Shown here piece after piece: positions 7,979 through 15,143 of a DNA stretch of 53,678 nucleotides. The DNA is from Polynucleobacter sp. GTDB lineage: Bacteria > Pseudomonadota > Gammaproteobacteria > Burkholderiales > Burkholderiaceae. Each line of letters starts with the position of its first letter. Within the stretch, counting starts at the first letter, position 1. The translations under genes were made by a program, and so were the position numbers. The DNA lies in NCBI GenBank assembly GCA_023254115.1, contig JALQYK010000003.1, positions 1 to 53,678 of the forward strand, written 5' to 3'. The notes below the pieces were generated by a model, which saw only the letters and a program-made list of their open reading frames with translations, made no database searches and had not been told where the DNA came from.

Positions 7979-9862
7979 ATGATCCCAAATACCAATCTCA
8001 AGACCATTAGTGCAGTCGCATTATCTCTATTGATGGTTAGCACAAATGCGGTGTCACAAAATTTTTCCGGTTTAATCTTTTTTGGTGATAGCAATACCGA
8101 TAATGGTCGGTATCGTTACATACCACAGTACACAACTGGTTCAAGCGCTGGCGTATTAGCAACTACTGGGGTGTACACCACACCGGGCGGTTCGATGTGG
8201 TCAGAGTATTTGGGCGCACGTTATGGAATTGGGGTTACAACCACAGCGGCGCCTGGGGGTGGAAATAATTATTCTGCAGGTAATGCCCATGTATCTTTAT
8301 CAGGCAACAGCACAATTGGCGAAAATGCATGGTCATCTGCTCAGCAAATTACATCGTATTTAAATTCCGTTGGAGGTAGGGCGAATCCAAATACGCTTTA
8401 CACACTCTACATTGGAACAAATGATCTAAAAACACCAGCGTCAGGCTTATCAGGAACACCCAACATCGTCGATCCACAAAACATAAGTGGCTTGAATAGC
8501 TTGGCTAACGATGTAATTAGTCAGGCCAATCAGCTATCAAATGCTGGTGCCAGATATTTGCTCGTTCCAAATATTGCTTCTACCACCAAGACTCAGGCCG
8601 CCGCAACTGCGGCCAATTTTCCATGGAGCCAAACTTGGGCAGACTCGCTGGCTTACTATAACAATGCTGTATGGACTGGTATAGCTTCGCAAGGCATTAA
8701 CTTCATTCCGGCAGACTTTGCTTCGGCTGGTGATTATATTTTATTAAATCCCGCTCGATTTGGTATAACAGTTACTAGTGTTAGTACTCCGGCATGTGGA
8801 GCCGTAGCGGCAATTAATTGCACGACAGCAAATCTGGTTAGCCCAAATGCAATGAATACCTACTTCTTTGCAGACACTACTGGACACGCAACATCTGCGG
8901 TTCAAAAAATTCAAGCAGACTATGTGATTGGGCTTTTAACTGCTCCTGGCCAAGTTTCCATGCTAGCCAATCAAGCCTCTTTGGGTCAAATTACCAGCAA
9001 TGGCTCTTATCTTGAGCAAATTAATTATAGTTTTCGCGCAAGGGCTCCAAAGACGCTGGGAACTTGGGTATTAGGCTCAACGCAACAAATTAATTTAAGT
9101 GGAACCCAAGTTAGCACAAGTAGCACTCCTTATAGCGGTACAGCGGGACTTGATTACCAAGTAAGCTCCAATTGGTTGCTGGGCGGCTTTGTTGGATATG
9201 GACAATCAATGGTTAACTACAACTCCACCGGGAACTTCACTCAATCAGGAAGCACTCTAGGACTTTATGCTGGCTATCAACGAAATCAAATTTGGTTTAA
9301 CTCATTGGTGTCTTACAACGCCTTAACAAATAATGTAAATCGAATAACTCCTATTGGTATCACTAGCTTTTCAAATGCCTCCAATGTGAATGGATCAAAT
9401 ACATCGGTAGCTATTCAGACGGGCTATAACTTTAATTACCAACGACTTAACCATGGGCCCATCCTTGGTTACTCTTATGTGAATACAAACATTAATGGGT
9501 TTACTGAATCAGGAAACTTTAATAGCCTTGGGTTTGGTAGCCAACAAATTAACGCTTCAATTGGTCAAATTGGCTATCAAGCCCAACTCAAGATTGGAAA
9601 CTGGCTGCCCAACATTAAGGCAATTTATAACTCACAATTTGGAAATGCCGACCGTAACATTACAACAACCTTAACTTCTGTATCTGCCCCAAGCTATACC
9701 CTTCCGGCGCTGTCTTATGGAACAAGCTGGACTAATTTAAGTGCAGGAATTGGATATCAAATTGATCCAAAAACGATTATTCGAGGCAACTTTACCCAGC
9801 AAGTGGGTTGGCAAAATCTAAATGCCTATAGCGCCACAATTAGTATAGGTGCCTATTTTTAA
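7979..9862 (+). CDS. GDSL esterase/lipase autotransporter (EstA-like); ORF open from 7934
   Basis: Signal peptide, FFGDSNTDNG block I, IGTND block III, FFADTTGH block V, C-terminal beta-barrel ending in F. Confidence 0.9.
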   Translation: MIPNTNLKTISAVALSLLMVSTNAVSQNFSGLIFFGDSNTDNGRYRYIPQYTTGSSAGVLATTGVYTTPGGSMWSEYLGARYGIGVTTTAAPGGGNNYSAGNAHVSLSGNSTIGENAWSSAQQITSYLNSVGGRANPNTLYTLYIGTNDLKTPASGLSGTPNIVDPQNISGLNSLANDVISQANQLSNAGARYLLVPNIASTTKTQAAATAANFPWSQTWADSLAYYNNAVWTGIASQGINFIPADFASAGDYILLNPARFGITVTSVSTPACGAVAAINCTTANLVSPNAMNTYFFADTTGHATSAVQKIQADYVIGLLTAPGQVSMLANQASLGQITSNGSYLEQINYSFRARAPKTLGTWVLGSTQQINLSGTQVSTSSTPYSGTAGLDYQVSSNWLLGGFVGYGQSMVNYNSTGNFTQSGSTLGLYAGYQRNQIWFNSLVSYNALTNNVNRITPIGITSFSNASNVNGSNTSVAIQTGYNFNYQRLNHGPILGYSYVNTNINGFTESGNFNSLGFGSQQINASIGQIGYQAQLKIGNWLPNIKAIYNSQFGNADRNITTTLTSVSAPSYTLPALSYGTSWTNLSAGIGYQIDPKTIIRGNFTQQVGWQNLNAYSATISIGAYF

Positions 9863-9901
9863 ACGTCGTTGTTGCCTGAACTATGAGTATGATGTCTGAA
9901 T

Positions 9902-9918
9902 TGTCGTTTTAAACGACA
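9902..9918. repeat. Island 17-bp palindrome copy 5
   Basis: Exact TGTCGTTTTAAACGACA. Confidence 0.92.
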
Positions 9919-9947
9919 TCTACTGACGCAAGGATGAATAATTGATT

Positions 9948-9964
9948 TGTCCTTTAAAAGGACA
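9948..9964. repeat. Island palindrome variant copy 6 (TGTCCTTTAAAAGGACA)
   Basis: Two symmetric substitutions that preserve the palindrome. Confidence 0.75.
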
Positions 9965-10087
9965 CGTCATAAATCAGATGCCCCAGTCTAGAACCAAGGT
10001 GGCTGAATCCTGATTGACGGATTGAATCTGTGGGGTGTGACCGACTACGCTAAAAGCAAGTAGAGACACCATCAACAAATTCTAGTA

Positions 10088-10112
10088 AAAATAGCCCAAC
10101 TCGTGGGCTATT
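10088..10112 (-). terminator. Rho-independent terminator after tRNA 3' copy A
   Basis: Minus strand AATAGCCCA-CGAGT-TGGGCTATT followed by TTT. Confidence 0.75.
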
Positions 10113-10120
10113 GAGATTCT

Positions 10121-10174
10121 TGGTGGCCCGGGGCGGAATCGACCGGCCCCGAGGATGTCTGACTCTATTTCTAG
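10121..10174 (-). repeat. att-like site A: tRNA-Phe 3' 22 nt plus conserved arm
   Basis: TGGTGGCCCGGGGCGGAATCGA (10121-10142) identical to 14341-14362, then N9-AGGATGTCTGACTCTATTTCTAG. Confidence 0.93.
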
Positions 10175-10176
10175 AC

Positions 10177-10193
10177 TGTCGTTTTAAACGACA
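10177..10193. repeat. Island 17-bp palindrome copy 7
   Basis: Exact TGTCGTTTTAAACGACA between autotransporter stop (10194) and att arm A. Confidence 0.92.
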
Positions 10194-12542
10194 CTACAAA
10201 CCAATGGTATAGGTTGCAAGCACTGTGGTAGTTGATACCGCTTGGAATGGTTCCTGACGATAGATGCCGGTTACACCAATGCGTTGGTTCTTGAGAATGT
10301 CATAGTAACCACCAACCGTAGCAGTAGGTCTGGTTTTGACGGGATTGGGATTGAAGTTCACTGGGGTTAAGCCAGTGATGCCAGTGGCGCTGTAGGTGCC
10401 GTTGCTGGTATTGGTATCGGTTTCCACTCCGGCACTAGCAAACAAGGTAGTCTTTGGAATGCCGCGATAGCTTGCTCCTACACCAGCTAATGCGGTGGTA
10501 GCGTTGGTGTTCAGTGCTGAGTAGGTTAAGGGTGCAGTAACGGCAGAACTGGTTGCTTCGGTATAGCCACCCATATTGTTTTGGGTGTAGCGCACTCCAG
10601 CGTATGGGGATACAACCACATCAGGCAGTACCGCAAAGCCATACTTAGCGACAATTTGTGCGCCCTGACTAATCAGTTGTGAGCTGCCACTACCTGCTTC
10701 ACTTAAGCCTACGATTTGGCGAGTGATCGTGGTGTTTTTTTGTCCATAGGCGGCTGACACTTTGACTTCCGCTCCCACACCATCGGGACGTTGGCTCCAG
10801 ACGCCAAAGAGACCAATCATGGGGGTGCTATTACCTAACTGAACCGTACCAGGACCGCTCACGGATAAATTCTGATCCACCCAGGCGCCAATGCGGCTAT
10901 TGTTCTTATTTAAACGATAGGAGGCAATCAATAAGCCACTGGTGTTATTAATCCCTTCGGTCTGAACAGTCGTATTGCGGCCACCCGCACTCACGCAAAT
11001 GCCATGCTTATCAAATAAGGGACAGTCATAAGTAAAGCCATTGACCATCACGGAGTTTTGTAAGGTGTAGGTGCCTTGCAAGACTGAGGCGGTATTTGCG
11101 AGGGATTGTTGAGTGTCGGTTGTCGATGCGCCGGTGACAATTAAATCCCAAATATCTGACGACGAATTAGTGAGACTCCAACGGAAGCCATAGAATGTAC
11201 CCGAAGTGTTGGAAAGGTTGCTGGAGGTAAATCCTGAAAGTACAGAGCTGTAAGTACCCTTTTGGACACTTGAGCTAGCATAAATACCGAAAGTCGTGAT
11301 ACCACTTATTGCTGATCCTGCTAACTTTCCAAACTGCGTCGAACTATTAATAATAATGTTGTAGCTTGATGGAAGTGTTCCTGTGTAAGTTAATGCAACA
11401 CCTCCATTAAGGTTGTTTAGAGTGGAAATTCCTCCAGAGTTAGAAATCATATTTCCGAATGGAGCAAGAATTTGACCTATGTTCGTAATAACACCTAAAT
11501 TTCCTGAGTTAAATAATCCCGTACTGAATGAGGAAGAGATCTGACCGTTGTTCAGAAGCGTATCTATAGTTCCAGCATTATTAATGCCAGTCCCTCCGCC
11601 CCCAATACTTCCGCCAGTAGCATTTAGCAGTGTTGTGATGGTTGCGCCAAAATTATTATCTAAGCCGGAAGTGAGTCCTGATATAACTCCAGTATTGTTT
11701 AAGGCAGAGATGTTTCCTGAATTAGTTATTCCGTACTGACCCATTCCAACACTTCTAATAGTTCCCGAATTGGTAAGGTCAATAATGGTTCCAGAATTGT
11801 AGAGACCATTGCCTCCAGCGCCTTGGATAGTCCCGCTGTTTGTCATATTTGTAATGACGCCAATATTAGAAATCGCTGCTAATCCACCTGAGATAGTTCC
11901 GGTGCTTGAGTTATCCAGACTAATAATGGTGCCGCCACTACTATTAACAATTCCATTTCCATTATCACTAGCTCCTATGGTTCCAGTATTACTGAGAATC
12001 GAAATTGTGCTACCAGTATGATTGAGTATTCCAATACTGCCATCTCCCACACTAATAGAGCCAGAGTTGTTTAGTGTTCCAATGGTGCCTGTATCGTTAA
12101 AAATTCCAGTTCCACCATTTCCTGACAGGATAGTTCCAAGATTATTTAATGTGGTAATAGTGCTTGAAAAATTAGCTATTCCAGTTCCCGCATCACCTGC
12201 TGAGATAGTGCGAGTAATCGAGTTATTTAGAGTAGTAATCGTGCCACCAATAAGATTTACAATTCCTGACCAACCAACCACATAGATATTTCCGGTATTT
12301 GAAATGCGTAGACCGCTATAACCGCCATTTGTTACCGCATCGGAAGCTAAGGGGCTGCCTGACTGTCCAATAGATCCACTAGCAGTAATTTCCAAACATT
12401 CATTATTAGAAGTAAATGAAAATGGAGTATTCGTATTAGATGAGATTGATGTACATACTTGAGCAATAGTATTTGACGAAGCGCCTACTGCAAGCCCTCC
12501 TAAAAGGAGTATCTGAAAGATATGTTGAAACCTACTTTTCAT
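10194..12542 (-). CDS. Autotransporter adhesin-like protein (beta-helical passenger + beta-barrel)
   Basis: Signal peptide; many N(S/T)G(T/S)I and ITTLNN repeats; C-terminal barrel with SPYAGVRY. Confidence 0.88.
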   Translation of the reverse strand: MKSRFQHIFQILLLGGLAVGASSNTIAQVCTSISSNTNTPFSFTSNNECLEITASGSIGQSGSPLASDAVTNGGYSGLRISNTGNIYVVGWSGIVNLIGGTITTLNNSITRTISAGDAGTGIANFSSTITTLNNLGTILSGNGGTGIFNDTGTIGTLNNSGSISVGDGSIGILNHTGSTISILSNTGTIGASDNGNGIVNSSGGTIISLDNSSTGTISGGLAAISNIGVITNMTNSGTIQGAGGNGLYNSGTIIDLTNSGTIRSVGMGQYGITNSGNISALNNTGVISGLTSGLDNNFGATITTLLNATGGSIGGGGTGINNAGTIDTLLNNGQISSSFSTGLFNSGNLGVITNIGQILAPFGNMISNSGGISTLNNLNGGVALTYTGTLPSSYNIIINSSTQFGKLAGSAISGITTFGIYASSSVQKGTYSSVLSGFTSSNLSNTSGTFYGFRWSLTNSSSDIWDLIVTGASTTDTQQSLANTASVLQGTYTLQNSVMVNGFTYDCPLFDKHGICVSAGGRNTTVQTEGINNTSGLLIASYRLNKNNSRIGAWVDQNLSVSGPGTVQLGNSTPMIGLFGVWSQRPDGVGAEVKVSAAYGQKNTTITRQIVGLSEAGSGSSQLISQGAQIVAKYGFAVLPDVVVSPYAGVRYTQNNMGGYTEATSSAVTAPLTYSALNTNATTALAGVGASYRGIPKTTLFASAGVETDTNTSNGTYSATGITGLTPVNFNPNPVKTRPTATVGGYYDILKNQRIGVTGIYRQEPFQAVSTTTVLATYTIGL

Positions 12543-12721
12543 ACTGGTCTATATGGTTAAAGCACTAATTATTGCAGAGAACAATCTTTCACCACAAGCA
12601 AATAATTAGGAATCACTAGCTATACATCCTCGCACCGTCTCTGATATCAATTATGGCAACACTATATGACAACTAGCGCAACCCCAGTTAATTCTCACTA
12701 TGTTTACTTTACGCCAAAAAC

Positions 12722-12804
12722 AAAACCACCCGAAGGTGGTTTATGGATTCTTGGTGGACCGGGGCGGAATCGACCAGGACCTAGGATGCCTTACTCTTTT
12801 CTAG
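12722..12804 (-). repeat. att-like site B: terminator + tRNA-Phe 3' 22 nt (1 mismatch) + conserved arm
   Basis: AAAACCACCCGAAGGTGGTTT hairpin, core 12752-12773, N9-AGGATGCCTTACTCTTTTCTAG. Confidence 0.93.
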
Positions 12805-12850
12805 CCAGAACTAAATTGCCGGGCTCCTAAATTCATAAGACGATTCAACC

Positions 12851-13033
12851 CTAACTACTGGGAAATAGATAGCCGACTATTAAAAAAAATAAACTCATTG
12901 CCACAATTCCCTTAGTAATATTGGCAGCCATAAAGATTTTTTTGCTTGTCTCTTTTTGTTCCTGGATCTCCATCATTCTGATGAAAATATAAAAGCCAAT
13001 CATTAAACCAATCCAAAGCATGTCTATCCCCAA
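12851..13033 (-). CDS. Small two-TM membrane protein (start possibly ATG 13021)
   Basis: Two hydrophobic segments separated by a charged loop. Confidence 0.6.
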   Translation of the reverse strand: MGIDMLWIGLMIGFYIFIRMMEIQEQKETSKKIFMAANITKGIVAMSLFFLIVGYLFPSS

Positions 13034-13038
13034 TAAAT

Positions 13039-13176
13039 TTACTTAATAAGTGAATAAAGTCCAATAATAGAAAGTATAGGCGCTATGTTTATAAATAGAA
13101 AATATGCGATTACGCCATACACCAAGTACTTTACTAGCCTAAACATTTCATTATCGTTGTTTCCGCCACCACTCAT
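13039..13176 (-). CDS. Small membrane protein (45 aa)
   Basis: Not in ORF track; MSGGGNNDNEMFRLVKYLVYGVIAYFLFINIAPILSIIGLYSLIK; GAAAGG RBS; tandem with downstream small gene. Confidence 0.55.
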   Translation of the reverse strand: MSGGGNNDNEMFRLVKYLVYGVIAYFLFINIAPILSIIGLYSLIK

Positions 13177-13409
13177 TTTGAAAACCTTTCAATTTCGAGA
13201 CTAAAAGTAAGCGCTTCAAAAATATTTTCAACTACCACCAAGGAACACAAAACCAACTATAGTTAATTCTAATACTGTGATGGGCCTGGTGGCTTTTGAT
13301 GTATTGATGGGATCGGAGGCATTGATGATTGGCAACCATAGGTAATGTTTAAAAAAAATCAATTAGAAACCTAAATAGTTGAACAGCGTAGACTGCCCGA
13401 CCAAATAAA

Positions 13410-13486
13410 AAAACCACCCGAAGGTGGTTTATGGATTCTTGGTGGCCCGGGGCGGAATCGACCAGGGCTTAGGATGTCTGACTCTA
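13410..13486 (-). repeat. att-like site C: terminator + tRNA-Phe 3' 22 nt + conserved arm
   Basis: AAAACCACCCGAAGGTGGTTT hairpin, core 13440-13461, N9-AGGATGTCTGACTCTA, ending 1 nt from the OMP stop. Confidence 0.93.
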
Positions 13487-13487
13487 A

Positions 13488-14225
13488 TTAAAACTTATAG
13501 CCAATGCCAATGAGAAGTTGATAGGCACTAATAGAGGGATTGGTTGTCATTGTCCAAGTACTGGCACCGCCATAAGGTTGCTCATCCACATTTGAAACTA
13601 AGGATGGCTTGCTATAGCTCATGTAGTTGCCCTCAGCAAAACCATAAAAACCACCCTTTATAATTTGCTTATAGCCAAGGCCAAGAATATATCCACCAAC
13701 CGTAGATGATGGGCTGGTCCAATTACGAGCCTCGGGAGTTCCATCGCTGGCCGTCGGAGGATTGTAAGTTGCCTTAATAGAGCTGTAGCCTGCCTTAAGA
13801 TAAACCAACTTATCCTTATCTATCTCATAACCTGGTGTTATAAAAATATTAAATCGATTAGAGACTTTTAATGACTGTCCGGTAAATGTTGTATCTATCA
13901 AAGGAAAATTTGAGCTATATGTTGAGCTTCTTTGGGAGGCCAATGAATAGTCAAGGCCAATACCCAAGATAAAATTTGGCGCCACGCTAAAGTTATAACC
14001 AAGTCCAACAATGAGGGGTGCTCCACCAAAATTTTGTGTGGAGGCATTATATGTATCAGGATAAATTCGTGCCGCCTCTTTAAAGACCGCATCCAAATTG
14101 CTCGCGGAGTTATTTTCATAGCCCGTAGCAATTTGCCCATAAAAACCTTGAAACGCACTTTGAGCGAAGATGCTTGGTGAGAAAAAAAACAAGCCCAATA
14201 CCAACAGCTTTAAAAATTTATTCAT
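13488..14225 (-). CDS. Outer membrane beta-barrel protein (Omp25/OmpA-TM-like)
   Basis: Signal peptide, FQGFYG N-terminus, alternating strands, C-terminal GIGYKF. Confidence 0.88.
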   Translation of the reverse strand: MNKFLKLLVLGLFFFSPSIFAQSAFQGFYGQIATGYENNSASNLDAVFKEAARIYPDTYNASTQNFGGAPLIVGLGYNFSVAPNFILGIGLDYSLASQRSSTYSSNFPLIDTTFTGQSLKVSNRFNIFITPGYEIDKDKLVYLKAGYSSIKATYNPPTASDGTPEARNWTSPSSTVGGYILGLGYKQIIKGGFYGFAEGNYMSYSKPSLVSNVDEQPYGGASTWTMTTNPSISAYQLLIGIGYKF

Positions 14226-14307
14226 TTCTTTTCGCCATCTGTTCCAGTAATTAAGGGCATTATCACTTTACTATCATAGTAACTCAATTGGGGAAGTCCA
14301 GTAAACG

Positions 14308-14331
14308 AAAAAACCACCCGAAGGTAGTTTT
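14308..14331 (-). terminator. Terminator downstream of tRNA-Phe
   Basis: Minus strand AAAACTACC-TTCG-GGTGGTTTTTT. Confidence 0.8.
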
Positions 14332-14340
14332 AGTATTTCT

Positions 14341-14416
14341 TGGTGGCCCGGGGCGGAATCGAACCACCGACACAAGGATTTTCAATCCTCTGCTCTACCG
14401 ACTGAGCTACCAGGCC
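14341..14416 (-). tRNA. tRNA-Phe (GAA)
   Basis: 76 nt GGCCTGGTAGCTCAGTCGGTAGAGCAGAGGATTGAAAATCCTTGTGTCGGTGGTTCGATTCCGCCCCGGGCCACCA; full cloverleaf, encoded CCA. Confidence 0.98.
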
Positions 14417-14466
14417 AAGAAACGAGGATTATATACGAAACCTTTGATTAAACCCTAAAATCTGGA

Positions 14467-15135
14467 TTAATCGCCCTTAAAGTTACCAACGTCAATACCC
14501 AACGCTTTTAGTTTTCTGTATAAGTGGGTTCTCTCCAGGCCGGTTTTTTCTGAAACTTTTGTCATGCTCCCAGCAGCCCCTGCTAAGTGGTACTCAAAGT
14601 AAGCTTTTTCAAATAAATCTCTGGCTTCTCGCAATGGCAAATCAATATAACTAAGATTAAATGTCTCAGCCTCAGCCGGTGGTGGAACTAAATTTTCCTG
14701 AGACTTTAAAGTTGCTGCAGTCGTAGGTTGTGACTCAAGCTTAGCGGACGTGGCAAATAAATCCTTGGGTGGCGCCTTTTCTAGAGCCTGCTCAACTGTT
14801 TTAAGTAGTTTTTGTAGAGCAATTGGTTTCTCTAAAAAATTAACGGCTCCAATACGCGTGGCTTCAACAGCAGTGTCTATCGTTGCATGGCCAGACATCA
14901 TAACTACTGGCATTGTTAGTTGGCCATTTGTAGACCACTCTTTCAGAAGAGTTACGCCATCAACATCGGGCATCCAAATATCTAAGAGTACTAAATCTGG
15001 CTCCAGATTCTCTCTTGCATTTCTAGCTTCTTGTGCATTTTGCGCAGCAATGACCGAATGACCTTCATCAGTCAAAATTTCATTGAGCAATTCTCGTATG
15101 CCCATCTCATCATCAACAACCAAAATACTTGCCAT
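14467..15135 (-). CDS. Response regulator, REC + Fis-type HTH (betaproteobacterial NtrX/EsaR-like)
   Basis: VVDDE, LLDIWMP, FLEKP; GLERTHLYRKLK. Confidence 0.9.
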   Translation of the reverse strand: MASILVVDDEMGIRELLNEILTDEGHSVIAAQNAQEARNARENLEPDLVLLDIWMPDVDGVTLLKEWSTNGQLTMPVVMMSGHATIDTAVEATRIGAVNFLEKPIALQKLLKTVEQALEKAPPKDLFATSAKLESQPTTAATLKSQENLVPPPAEAETFNLSYIDLPLREARDLFEKAYFEYHLAGAAGSMTKVSEKTGLERTHLYRKLKALGIDVGNFKGD

Positions 15136-15143
15136 AACTTACT

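Larger units (their letters stand above)
1..14340. mobile_element. Composite genomic island integrated at the 3' end of tRNA-Phe; left boundary outside the window
   Basis: Adjoins the tRNA-Phe CCA end; three direct repeats of the tRNA 3' 22 nt; two tyrosine recombinases; accessory and fragmented genes; core genes resume at 14467. Confidence 0.88.

Noticed and set aside
10121-13461. tRNA-derived repeats as extra tRNA genes or a CRISPR array
   Set aside because: Only the 3' 22 nt are present; spacing is 0.7-2.6 kb with whole genes between; no cas genes
1762-14340. Classical integron
   Set aside because: No IntI-type insertion evident in either recombinase and no attC (RYYYAAC...GTTRRRY) structures recognised; boundaries are tRNA-derived
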